Positions 28,358 to 37,456 of a DNA stretch of 41,250 nucleotides are shown here, piece by piece. Within the stretch, counting starts at the first letter, position 1. The number at the start of each line of letters is the position of its first letter. This stretch comes from Candidatus Micrarchaeota archaeon (GTDB taxonomy: Archaea; Micrarchaeota; Micrarchaeia; Micrarchaeales; CABMGC01), in the NCBI GenBank assembly GCA_021796295.1, contig JAJYIA010000002.1, positions 1-41,250 of the forward strand. The letters run 5' to 3'. Made by a program: the position numbers and the translations under genes. Below the pieces are notes generated by a model, which saw nothing but the letters and a program-made list of their open reading frames with translations, did no database searches and had not been told where the DNA came from.

Positions 28358-28873
28358 CTACGAGGCAGTTATGGTATACGTGCCGGAAAGCTTTGATGCT
28401 GCGCGCTTGAGAGCCTCCCTTGCTATGTCCTTTGAGGCGACGTCCACCTTGAGCTCAAACACACTCTGGCCCTTTCTGAGCCTTGCGGCCCTCGAAACCG
28501 CCTTGCCGAATGAGAGATTCATGCCCTGCGAGAGCCTGTCTGCGCCTGCGCCTGTTGCCCTCTTCTTCTCCCTTACCACGTTGTGCGGGTAAGAAACAAC
28601 CCTGAAGAAGTAGTTGCCGGGTATCTCTCGCTCAAGATGTTTGTTTGCAACCTGCCTTGCCGCCTCCAGCGCATTTGACCTCAGCTGCACATACTGGTTT
28701 GAGACAAGAGCGTATCTGCTGCTGTAGGTAGGCTTGTCCACTCCCATCCTGAATATTAGCAGGCTTGTATGCGGCAGCGCCTTCACATAATTCTTCTTCG
28801 GCTTCTTCACAGAGTACCTGCCCCATGCCTGGCTGTTTATATACCTCATAGTCCTTGCAGGCCTTAGCTTCAT
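28358..28873 (-). CDS. rpl10e: 50S ribosomal protein L10e (uL16)
   Basis: LRPAR, ALEAARQVANK, YPHNVVRE and GAGADRLSQGM motifs. Confidence 0.96.
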   Translation of the reverse strand: MKLRPARTMRYINSQAWGRYSVKKPKKNYVKALPHTSLLIFRMGVDKPTYSSRYALVSNQYVQLRSNALEAARQVANKHLEREIPGNYFFRVVSYPHNVVREKKRATGAGADRLSQGMNLSFGKAVSRAARLRKGQSVFELKVDVASKDIAREALKRAASKLSGTYTITAS

Positions 28874-29025
28874 AATATCATCTTTTCATTACTTACATTA
28901 TTAAGTGCACATGCACAGTTGCAGCTTCAGAAGCCCATCAAATACTAAAGACTCTTAGGAAGCCCGCCTTTAGAGCTATTTGGAAGGCAAGTAATTTATG
29001 CATTTCGGCACAGCGCATGGCATGC

Positions 29026-29313
29026 CTATATTTTGCATACGACCTTTCCTATTATGGCCTCGCTGCCTATGCGGCCGAAATGCCTACTGTCCTCGCTATG
29101 CTCACTGTTGTCACCTCTCACGAAATAGCCGCGGCTTCCGGCGCTTGCCACACGCTTTACAATGCTCATCTCCTTTTTCGGGTGCCTGAGCACAACGATG
29201 TCGCCTGGAGATAGCTTTATGAAGGCCTGCCTTACAAGGACGTAGTCGCCCTCATGAAGCTCGGGCTCCATGCTCCTCTCCTTTATCTTGAAGATCCTTA
29301 ACGGGAAGTGCAT
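29026..29313 (-). CDS. sodX: Nickel-SOD maturation protease (S26 family)
   Basis: SMEPEL, IVKRV and VRGDNSEHSEDSRHFG motifs; directly downstream of sodN. Confidence 0.88.
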   Translation of the reverse strand: MHFPLRIFKIKERSMEPELHEGDYVLVRQAFIKLSPGDIVVLRHPKKEMSIVKRVASAGSRGYFVRGDNSEHSEDSRHFGRIGSEAIIGKVVCKI

Positions 29314-29316
29314 GCC

Positions 29317-29814
29317 TCAGACCTTTGGATAGACGATCTCACGCTTAGTAGGGTAGAATGCCTCTATCCTCTTTGTCTCGACGCCTTTTGTCTTCCAGAA
29401 GATCTCGGCTATTTTTTCCACAACTGAAAGAAGCTCCTCTGCAGTTTTGACATCCGTCTTCTGGCGCGCCTCGGAGCCAAGCTTCAGCGCATTCCAGATG
29501 AGCTCCTGCAATTCTGGGTTTTGCTCAAGGTGCTCGTGCTTGAAGTAATCGCCCCATAGGATCCTTATCTCTCGCTTGCACAGTTCGGCGTGCTCTTCCT
29601 TGACTGCGGTGTACCTCACAAGCTTATGCATTGTTTCAACAGTATTGTCCTTGGGCAATGCGGCTATGAGGTCTGCCATGCGTATGACAGTATGCGCCGC
29701 CATCTGCGCAGCATGAGGATCATAGATGCCGCAGGGTATGTCGCAATGCGCATATGCCGTATCAAACCCAAAAAACCTGTCGATGCCATCCAGAAGTGCA
29801 TGCAAAGCTTTCAT
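29317..29814 (-). CDS. sodN: Nickel superoxide dismutase precursor
   Basis: Leader followed by the Ni-hook AYA|HCDIPCGIYDP; KEEHAE, ILWGDYFK and IAEIFWKTK motifs. Confidence 0.95.
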   Translation of the reverse strand: MKALHALLDGIDRFFGFDTAYAHCDIPCGIYDPHAAQMAAHTVIRMADLIAALPKDNTVETMHKLVRYTAVKEEHAELCKREIRILWGDYFKHEHLEQNPELQELIWNALKLGSEARQKTDVKTAEELLSVVEKIAEIFWKTKGVETKRIEAFYPTKREIVYPKV

Positions 29815-29980
29815 TCTATTACCCAGTAATACTTATGCACATAGACTTAATATAGTTTTCTGGAACGCGACCCAGGATGTGCCGTGCAGATTTCGCTGCT
29901 TATGCCAGCCTAGGGTTTTATGGAAATGTTTAAATATTTATTCTGATATATGATTTTTACTAAAATATAAAGGTGGGTAT

Positions 29981-30367
29981 TTGAATAAAATATATAGGAA
30001 GGAAGCAGTCATCGCACTGGGGCGCAGTTTCATCAGGATTCCGCTGCTCTTTGCTGCTGCGCTCCTTGCATACAGGAGCGCCTATGCGTACACTCCGCAG
30101 ACCCTTGACATAATCTCTACCCTGAACAATATACAGGGCATACTCATGCACATAGGTCCTGTTCTCAGCGCCGTTCTTTTCGTCGTAGCAGGCATATTCT
30201 ACGCCATAGGCCAGCTCTTCCCTGGTTACAAGAGGGCAAACCTCCACAGCGCATCGATCGACCTCATAATAGGCGCCATTATCGTGGCTGTGCTCTCCGC
30301 TGCGTCAACAGGCCTTGCCGTCGCATCAACGCATCTTCTCTCCAACCTCTCGGCAAATTCAACGTGA
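29981..30367 (+). CDS. VirB2/TrbC-like (CedA1-like) pilin
   Basis: Signal-like leader ending AYA, amphipathic helix, two hydrophobic helices separated by a short basic loop (PGYKRA). Confidence 0.6.
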   Translation: MNKIYRKEAVIALGRSFIRIPLLFAAALLAYRSAYAYTPQTLDIISTLNNIQGILMHIGPVLSAVLFVVAGIFYAIGQLFPGYKRANLHSASIDLIIGAIIVAVLSAASTGLAVASTHLLSNLSANST

Positions 30368-30371
30368 TGGG

Positions 30372-31412
30372 ATGCAGTTCGGCGCAATTGGAAGCTACGG
30401 CTTTTCAGTAGCAGTCCTTCTCACGGCGATGATGATTGCGATAAGCGGGATGGTGCTTGGCATAGGCTATGCGCTGAACGACCGCAGATTCAAGGACTTC
30501 GGAAGCGAGGGGCTTTATCAGTCAATCATAAGCGGCGTGCTTGTGGGGAGCATGATGCTTCTTTTTGCCAACGGAGGCCTTGTGAACAGACTTGTCAATT
30601 CGGCAATACCGGCCAACACATCACTGCACTGCCCTCAGCTCATATCTGGAAACTCTGCCATCTGCCTCTCCTACAATTATCTTGTGGGTACGCAGCCGTA
30701 CACCTTCATGGGCGTCTCGCATGCTTCGGTCTTCAGCATGGCCATGAATATAACAACCGGACTCCTTACTCTGAATGCAATCGTAGGAATGATTGCATCC
30801 CTGAAGTTCAGTTTTATAGTCTCGTTCTCATTCGGATACGTGCTCATGCCTATCCTGAATGAGCTCAGGTACGCGATAAAGCTTCTTATTGACGTGGCAG
30901 TTAGTGCCGTTGTCCAGGCTGCTGTCCTCGTATTCGTATCGGCAGGCGCGCTTGAGGTCATACTGCCTTCCGGGCTTGTGCTGCGCACGTTTTACCCTAC
31001 GAGGAAGATAGGCGGCTTTCTCATAGCTCTGAGCATAGGCATGTATGCAGTATTTCCCATGACATACGTTTTGAATTCGATGCTGATAAACACATACTCA
31101 TTAAGCATAAATTCGACATCAATATCGCAGGCTTCGGTGAGCGCTTCAGGAACTGAAAGCAGCCTGATCTCATCAGCTGCCTCGTATAATGCCCTGAGCA
31201 CAGGCATACTCAGCAGCATGAACAGCATAATCTCGCAGCTCAGCGGCGCGCTCTCAGGCGTGATGAACGGCATAATCGTCTCGGTTTCTTACCTCATAGT
31301 ATATGCCTTCGTGCTTCCTGCATTCAGCCTTATCATAACGGGCATATCGATAAGGGAACTGGCATCGGCCCTGGGCTCTGAAGCCCGCTTTGGAAGATTC
31401 GATATATTGTGA
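30372..31412 (+). CDS. Polytopic membrane protein, CedA/VirB6-like
   Basis: About 6-7 TM; LPSGLVLRTFYPTRKIGGFLIALSIG motif; ends IRELASALG. Confidence 0.6.
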   Translation: MQFGAIGSYGFSVAVLLTAMMIAISGMVLGIGYALNDRRFKDFGSEGLYQSIISGVLVGSMMLLFANGGLVNRLVNSAIPANTSLHCPQLISGNSAICLSYNYLVGTQPYTFMGVSHASVFSMAMNITTGLLTLNAIVGMIASLKFSFIVSFSFGYVLMPILNELRYAIKLLIDVAVSAVVQAAVLVFVSAGALEVILPSGLVLRTFYPTRKIGGFLIALSIGMYAVFPMTYVLNSMLINTYSLSINSTSISQASVSASGTESSLISSAASYNALSTGILSSMNSIISQLSGALSGVMNGIIVSVSYLIVYAFVLPAFSLIITGISIRELASALGSEARFGRFDIL

Positions 31413-31416
31413 TTGG

Positions 31417-32142
31417 ATGGAGGAAGACGACATTGCGAATAGGCTTTATGCCTATCTTTTCTACGCTGCTGCAGTCGTCTGCATACTCTTAAGCATTGCC
31501 TCGTACAATATCATCTTTGTGGCGTGCGCCTTACTGCTGATGCTTTTCTCGTCCTTATACCTGAACAGCGGCCATATACTTAACAACCTGCTGATAAAAA
31601 GGTCAGCGGTTATTGAGGTCTATAATGGCTATGCTGTGAACGAGAGGCTGCCTTCAGCTGTGAAGAAGGTGGGCACGGCGTATCTGAGCATATCGCTTGC
31701 AGTGCTGCAGCTTGGCAGCTCAAGCAGCATAGACGGAAAAGTCTTCAGGTCCATGCTTGAGAACGTACGCGAGCCGTTCGAGTTCAGTATAGAACTCGCT
31801 GAAGCGGAGAAGGGCAAGATTCTTGAAACGCTTGAGATGAAGAGAAGGATGAAGGAGATAGAGCTTACCAGGGCTGACAGGAGGCGCTATGAGAGGATAA
31901 ACAGCATAACCCGAGAGATAGAGCTCATCAATTCAGAGATAGCAGGGCTAGGCCCGGGCAAGACATACAGGATGCTGCTAAGGCTGAAAACCTCTGCCCG
32001 CTCAGCAGACAGGGGCGAGGCTGCGCTTGAGTCTTCAAGGGGCATTGAGCACATAGCGGGCTCCTTTGCATCGGCATTCGGCCTGAGCTACAGGATACTC
32101 TCCGGAGAGGAGCTCCTGGGATTCATAGAGGCGCATGCATGA
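31417..32142 (+). CDS. 2-TM plus coiled-coil protein (VirB3/VirB4-N-terminus-like by position)
   Basis: Two N-terminal TMs and a central coiled coil; ATGA overlap with the ATPase gene. Confidence 0.55.
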   Translation: MEEDDIANRLYAYLFYAAAVVCILLSIASYNIIFVACALLLMLFSSLYLNSGHILNNLLIKRSAVIEVYNGYAVNERLPSAVKKVGTAYLSISLAVLQLGSSSSIDGKVFRSMLENVREPFEFSIELAEAEKGKILETLEMKRRMKEIELTRADRRRYERINSITREIELINSEIAGLGPGKTYRMLLRLKTSARSADRGEAALESSRGIEHIAGSFASAFGLSYRILSGEELLGFIEAHA

Positions 32143-33239
32143 GGTATTACGAAACTGCAAATGAGGAGGTCGCGGCAAGGCTATTCCATGCGCCTGTGCC
32201 GGATGAGCCCGATATTGATGCCATGGAAAGCGCGTGCAGCGGCGGCATCTTTATAGGGTTCACAGGGCTCCTCTCTGTGCCGTTCTTCATAAATTTTGAC
32301 TATCTTATAAACCAGCATGTCTTCATATTCGGCATGAGCGGCGGAGGCAAGACATTCCTTATGAAGAACATGATGCTAAGGCTTCACTACATGCTTGAGT
32401 GCTCAGTGCTTCTTGTAGACTTTACAGGCGAATATGCGGAATTTGCAAGATTCGCAGGCTGCAGAGAGACAGGGCCTTCTGTGAAGATGCAGCTTAAGCA
32501 GGGCATAACCTATATTAACCTGAAGGGCTACAGCGAGGCCGAGAAGGTGCAGCATGCCGAGAGTGTTCTCAGGGCAGTGGCAGAGGTCATGCGCTCAGGC
32601 GCCAGCAGGAGGCGTTTGTTCGTAATAATGGATGAGGCGTGGAAGATGCTTGGCAGGAGCGCGCCGCTCAACGCCATAGTGAGGGAAGGCAGGAAGTACT
32701 CTGTCGGGCTTGTTTTCGCCTCGCAGCTCGTTGAAGATGCCGAGCTTGAAGCCATAGCGAACGTGGCCACGCTCTTCATATTCAGGATGCAGAACAGGGG
32801 GAGCCTTGAGAAGATAGCCAGGAACTACAACATAGGCGAGGAAGCTCTTCTCAGAATACAAAACCTAGATGTGGGCAGTTGCTACGTAGTACAGATAAGG
32901 AAGTCTGCAGCAAGGGAGGCCTTTGTGCTGAAAAGGGTTATAGGCATAGGCCTCAAGAGGCGCATCAGACTGGATTTTGGTGGGAACATGGTCGAAATAG
33001 AGGAGAAAAGGCTTGAGGCCGTGATAAGCGGCTTATGCAAAGACGACACATCGGCATTCATATCCGAGATCAAGAGATCCGGAAGTGTAGAGCTCCACAG
33101 CCTTATATACGGTCTCATGCGCCGCGGAGCTGACCGCAGGGCCATCCTGCGCTCTCTCGAAGGATTCGGCATAGGAGATATTGAGCTCTCTGATGCATTC
33201 TCAATGGCCGTAGGTGGAATGGATGAGGCTTCGAAATAG
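32139..33239 (+). CDS. VirB4/HerA-superfamily P-loop ATPase
   Basis: HVFIFGMSGGGKT (Walker A), VDFTGEY, FVIMDEAW (Walker B) and REGRKY...ASQ motifs. Confidence 0.9.
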   Translation: MRYYETANEEVAARLFHAPVPDEPDIDAMESACSGGIFIGFTGLLSVPFFINFDYLINQHVFIFGMSGGGKTFLMKNMMLRLHYMLECSVLLVDFTGEYAEFARFAGCRETGPSVKMQLKQGITYINLKGYSEAEKVQHAESVLRAVAEVMRSGASRRRLFVIMDEAWKMLGRSAPLNAIVREGRKYSVGLVFASQLVEDAELEAIANVATLFIFRMQNRGSLEKIARNYNIGEEALLRIQNLDVGSCYVVQIRKSAAREAFVLKRVIGIGLKRRIRLDFGGNMVEIEEKRLEAVISGLCKDDTSAFISEIKRSGSVELHSLIYGLMRRGADRRAILRSLEGFGIGDIELSDAFSMAVGGMDEASK

Positions 33240-33906
33240 TTGCCGGTCTGAAGGCTATCTGGTAAGCAGGATACCCGTAAGGGCGGTAGCGTCTACAGGC
33301 ATGGGAAGCGTAGCCGAGAGGCTCAGGCTCTACCCCTCGCTTACGCAGCTCGGCAGGGGCACAAGCCTGAGGTACATGCTCAGGACAGAGCAAAGCGACC
33401 ACTTTTATATAATTGCGCTTGAAAAGCATGAGATACTCCTTGAAATATATGCGAAGGAAACGCCGCTTTACCTTTTTGGAGACGCAATGCTGAAGCTGCT
33501 TTCGCTCTTCGGCGTGCTTGAGGGCCTTTACACGTTCGACATTGCAGGCCTCTTCCCGTACATGGTCTGGGTACTCGGCAGGCAGCAGCTTGCAGAACAT
33601 CCAATGCAGGAAGCGGAAAGGAGACATGATATAAGCAGCGACCTGGTGCTTGCAAGAAGGATCCTGGGGCTTGCAAAGGAAAGGCAGGAAGCTGATGCAA
33701 GGGCAGAGCGCTGGCATTTGAGGGCCATACACATACTTGCGAAGCTCATGGTGTATGAACATAGCTGCGGCTTCAGCATAGAAGACATAGCCAAGGAGCA
33801 CGGCATAGCGCAGCATGATGTGCTTGACGCCATAGAGGCGATGTCAAGCATAGGCTACAGGGCCGTAAGGACGGGCAGGGGCTCTTTTGCACTGGCGAGA
33901 ATATGA
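33223..33906 (+). CDS. Hypothetical protein with C-terminal wHTH-like segment
   Basis: FSIEDIAKEHGIAQHDVLDAIEAMSSIGY; overlaps both neighbours. Confidence 0.6.
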   Translation: MRLRNSCRSEGYLVSRIPVRAVASTGMGSVAERLRLYPSLTQLGRGTSLRYMLRTEQSDHFYIIALEKHEILLEIYAKETPLYLFGDAMLKLLSLFGVLEGLYTFDIAGLFPYMVWVLGRQQLAEHPMQEAERRHDISSDLVLARRILGLAKERQEADARAERWHLRAIHILAKLMVYEHSCGFSIEDIAKEHGIAQHDVLDAIEAMSSIGYRAVRTGRGSFALARI

Positions 33907-34460
33907 ATGCTGTAGCGTATGCGGCAATGCAGCTTCTTCCTGTCTTCATAGGCATAGCCATTATGTTTCTCATACGCTCCGTCAGGATGGCTAGGCGGCG
34001 CATAAGAATAGACATTACAGGCATCGAGAATTACAAGAATGGCGGTCCTGCTGAAGAAGGTCTGCACATGCATGAAGGCGGTGAGGTCGATGCGTCTTCT
34101 TACCGGAAGCAGCAGGAAGAAGAGAGTGCTATACGTCCAGATTCAGATTGCTGTGACAAGGGCGCAAGAGAGGCCGCTTTAGAAGAGCTGACAAGGGAGA
34201 TGCTTATCATCAACGGCATGTACAGAGGCAGCATACAGGATTATAGGAGCGCGGCCTTTTCCAGGCTTGGAATTATAGACGCAGAGGATGTGCACTCTGC
34301 GCCGCATTACCTCAGGAGATGGAATAAGAGGCAGATGACTGTTTTCATATTTGGCGAGGGCAGCAGGGGCTTAAACCTGAGGCTTCTCAGGTATGGCGAG
34401 AGCGAAGGCATACTCCTTGCATATGCGCTTTTGCATAGGTTGGAATTTATCGGTGTTTGA
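33903..34460 (+). CDS. Hypothetical N-terminally anchored membrane protein
   Basis: Single N-terminal TM followed by a basic patch; ATGA overlap with the upstream gene. Confidence 0.6.
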   Translation: MNAVAYAAMQLLPVFIGIAIMFLIRSVRMARRRIRIDITGIENYKNGGPAEEGLHMHEGGEVDASSYRKQQEEESAIRPDSDCCDKGAREAALEELTREMLIINGMYRGSIQDYRSAAFSRLGIIDAEDVHSAPHYLRRWNKRQMTVFIFGEGSRGLNLRLLRYGESEGILLAYALLHRLEFIGV

Positions 34461-34918
34461 ATGTACCTTATATTGGCATTTCTGACAATTGTGTTAGAGG
34501 TAAGCGCTGCAATATCCAGCGCATCGCTGAACGTCTTCTCTTTACGCATACTGAGAAGGAGGGGTCTGGGGTCTTATCCCAGGCTGAAGGAACCCATTAC
34601 TGGATTCCTGATCCTTGCATTTATATCGTTCTTTGCCTATGTGGTGGTAAAATCAACATAAAGCTCGTTTATAGGAAGTATGCGTGGAATCGCAGGGCAG
34701 CGATAGCACTGACGTTGATGGGACTTCTCTGTACTGCGTTTATAATGATGCTCACGTTCACGAGGGCGGCACTGAGCTTTGCTAAGGTCCTCGCCGGCCT
34801 TTCTCTCTTTCTGCTTGCATTTACTGTGCGCCTGGCACGCGGCGTAAGGCATGAAAAGGCGCTCTGGCTCTCGGCTGCTCTCAGTCTTCTTCTTCTGTTG
34901 CTCATCATAGAGGCGTAA
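34461..34918 (+). pseudogene. Membrane protein split over two frames near 34650
   Basis: 34461-34661 encodes two TMs; the hydrophobic continuation NIKLVYRKYAW...LIIEA is in another frame. Confidence 0.45.
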
Positions 34919-34999
34919 TGCATGCTGCATATGTACGAATTCGAATCAATACCGCAAAATGTCAGGTGCACGCGCTTTCTTGAAGTGAGACAAAAGTGC

Positions 35000-36208
35000 T
35001 TATATGGCAAGGCGCCTCTGCCTGAGTATATTCCTGAGAAGCATGCTGTTTTTTACCCATTCGACAACAGGGATATCGAGCAGGGCTGAGGCGTGCTTCA
35101 GCACGCCTTCCACGCTTTCAAATGCCTTGGGAGCCTTCCTGAGGGTTTCGCGCACATGCTCCCTCACATTCCATACTCCAACAGGCATTATATATCCCTG
35201 GTGGACCTCGCGCAGTATGACGACCTTTGCCTGTGACTTGCAGCTGTCAAGGAGCTCGCTTACTGCAAGCCTTGCAGCATAATAGCATCCGCCTATTTCG
35301 GCGTAGGTCTTTCTGCCGTTGTAGGATTCATATGATGAGCCCATGTCTATCTCTGTGCCGTTCAGGTTCCACGTTGTGTTGGGGTACCATGCCTCTATGG
35401 ATTCGTATTCCCATGATCCTGGAAACATAATGATTACCCATCTGTTGTCCAGTGCGATATTTTCATATACCCTTATGCCGGCTATAGGATTGTATTCCTT
35501 AATAGACATAAGCTTCTGCTTCGAGAGCGTATCGTCAACTGCAGTTATGCTCCACCGCGTAGGCACGAACCTCCTCTTTTTGCCGCGCCCGAGCAGGCCG
35601 GCTGAGAGGGCCTTCTGTATCTTTGATACAAGCACGCCCTTTACATAAAGCTCCCCTATTGCTTCAGAGGCAGGCATGCTGCTGTCAGAATATGCCTTCT
35701 CTATATTCTTCTCCGCATTTGAGTTGCCGAGCTCAATCCTTTCGATGGGCGCGCTGGGCCCGAAAGGCTGTGTATTCTCGCTTAGGTTCATACTCAGATT
35801 GGGCATCCTTGAAAGCTTCATCTCTACATCGGTGTGCCTTTCTGCCAGTGCTATTTCGGCAAGCACGTCTTCTATTCTGCCGCTGCCAACGCTTGTGACT
35901 TTCGTACGGTGCATGCCGCGTATCAGCAGCGATCTCAGTTCCACTATCTCAGGTATGCTCTTCCCTACCCACTTTTCAGGCGTTCCCAATATCTCGGTGT
36001 TGCCTACCTGAGGGGGCACAAGTGGCCCTATGTACACATTGGGATAGCCGATCCTGCCAACAAAGAGGTCAGGCGGAGATGAGCCATACACCTCTCTCTC
36101 CTTCATCAGCTCGATTGTTTTAAATCTGTAATAATCCTTCAGAAGATAGGGGTTGCGCATATTCCTGTAGACTTTGTCGCTTCTGATAATGTTGAGGCCT
36201 TCGGACAT
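35000..36208 (-). CDS. nreA: Nre-family DNA repair protein
   Basis: GSSPPDLFVGRIGYP, VPTRWSITAVD, GGCYYAARL and PVGVWNVRE motifs; C-terminal PIP-like QRRL. Confidence 0.88.
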   Translation of the reverse strand: MSEGLNIIRSDKVYRNMRNPYLLKDYYRFKTIELMKEREVYGSSPPDLFVGRIGYPNVYIGPLVPPQVGNTEILGTPEKWVGKSIPEIVELRSLLIRGMHRTKVTSVGSGRIEDVLAEIALAERHTDVEMKLSRMPNLSMNLSENTQPFGPSAPIERIELGNSNAEKNIEKAYSDSSMPASEAIGELYVKGVLVSKIQKALSAGLLGRGKKRRFVPTRWSITAVDDTLSKQKLMSIKEYNPIAGIRVYENIALDNRWVIIMFPGSWEYESIEAWYPNTTWNLNGTEIDMGSSYESYNGRKTYAEIGGCYYAARLAVSELLDSCKSQAKVVILREVHQGYIMPVGVWNVREHVRETLRKAPKAFESVEGVLKHASALLDIPVVEWVKNSMLLRNILRQRRLAI

Positions 36209-36297
36209 AAGGCACACCTGGTTTTGTTATTGGTTTTGGCTGCCTGCATATAAAAATCCTATTGTGGATATTGCGTGCATGGGCTACATGCTTTCAC

Positions 36298-36346
36298 CTA
36301 GACTCTCGACAAGGAGGCCCATACGCTTTAGCCGTGGGTAGTTTAC
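36298..36346 (+). mobile_element. 49-bp single-hairpin IS200/IS605 element, family A
   Basis: TCAC|CTAGACTCTCGACAAGGAGGCCCATACGCTTTAGCCGTGGGTAGTTTAC. Confidence 0.85.
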
Positions 36347-36939
36347 TTTACAACTTCTGATGCTATTTCGTAGGCGCGCATGCTGTCCAGCCTGTCTATT
36401 ACAAATATATTATCTGTGTAGCATGAGATCATGCCTATCACGTTTATGTTGTACTCTGCAAAGAGCGATGTTACGAACGCCATTACGCCAGGCACGCTCT
36501 CCACGCTCTCCCCCGAGCGTATTATAATGGCAGAGCAGTTTTCGTGCTTTTTAACTATCTGCCTGTGCTCCTTCAGCGCCCTTGCCTGTTCTGGGCTGAA
36601 AAGGTAGACGAAATAGTCGCCCATTTTTACTTTTGCTAAGTTCTGGGCTACAATCTCCTTGTCCATGACTATGAGCGAAACTCCGTCTATGAGGGTTATG
36701 GAATTGCCCTTCAGTACCGAGAGTGCCTTTGCCTCTATGCCGAACTCTGCCCTCCTCAGCTCCATAGAATATCTGCGCAGTGCGGCCTTTATGGCTGCAT
36801 AGTTTTTTATGCTGAGCGATTTGCCTATTATTCTTGAAAGGGCGCTCAGGTTCACTATGCCGCTTTCCATGGCCTCAAGAATATACGGCTTGTTCTTAAG
36901 ATACATTCTTACAACGTTAGCTATGGCCATTGTAATCAT
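36343..36939 (-). CDS. ACT-domain-containing protein
   Basis: GIVNLSALSR..I and AIKAALRRY N-terminal motifs; C-terminal ACT PGVMAFVTSLFAEYNINV...SCYTD. Confidence 0.8.
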   Translation of the reverse strand: MITMAIANVVRMYLKNKPYILEAMESGIVNLSALSRIIGKSLSIKNYAAIKAALRRYSMELRRAEFGIEAKALSVLKGNSITLIDGVSLIVMDKEIVAQNLAKVKMGDYFVYLFSPEQARALKEHRQIVKKHENCSAIIIRSGESVESVPGVMAFVTSLFAEYNINVIGMISCYTDNIFVIDRLDSMRAYEIASEVVK

Positions 36940-37094
36940 CCGCTTTTATTGCATATATGAAACGCATGCGTATCTCCATATATTTAATGCATATTTATAT
37001 AATTATGTATCAAAAAATACAAAAAAGTTCCGATTATTCTTATGTATGCCGAGCTATGCGTTTTCTGCCAAGATTACATGGTATCGAGGTTACA

Positions 37095-37130
37095 TATAAA
37101 ATAAGGGGGCTTGTGCCCCCTTATTTTATA
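37095..37130. repeat. Perfect 16-bp inverted repeat
   Basis: TATAAAATAAGGGGGC-TTGT-GCCCCCTTATTTTATA. Confidence 0.9.
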
Positions 37131-37445
37131 GTAAGGACAGGTAGCAAAAAGGCAAGAGTTGCAGCTGCAAGGCATCTGCTCAGAATCATTTATTGTATGC
37201 TCAAGGACCAACGAAATTACAGACCTTGAGGGAAAGGAGGGGCGTTGAGTGACATCCTGTCGTTCTAGCGACGTGTGTGGAGACTAACGCCCTCTTTCCC
37301 ATAATTCAAGTCAGAATATCGACATGCGATGGGTAGTAGAGCATTATGAATGTGGTGTAAAGGTATAAAAGATTGTAAGGTGAGATGTGAGTTAACCTGG
37401 AAGTATTATTGACTGCGGCGTCCTGCTGCAGTCAAATCAACATAG
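37131..37445 (+). mobile_element. IS110/IS1111 remnant: transposase C-terminus (to 37229) plus structured non-coding right end
   Basis: GSKKARVAAARHLLRIIYCMLKD is the IS110 C-terminal motif; downstream stems GGGAAAGGAGGGGCGTT/AACGCCCTCTTTCCC and TTGACTGCGGCG/TGCTGCAGTCAA. Confidence 0.75.
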
Positions 37446-37456
37446 TAGGATGTCAC

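Noticed and set aside
32139..33239. HerA of a HerA-NurA repair or defence system
   Set aside because: No nurA/mre11/rad50 or nuclease partner nearby, no evident N-terminal HAS barrel, and the neighbours are membrane proteins.
583..37229. IS110 N- and C-terminal fragments as halves of one element split by a 36-kb inversion
   Set aside because: Orientation is compatible, but much of the middle of the transposase is missing and the reciprocal junction shows no support.
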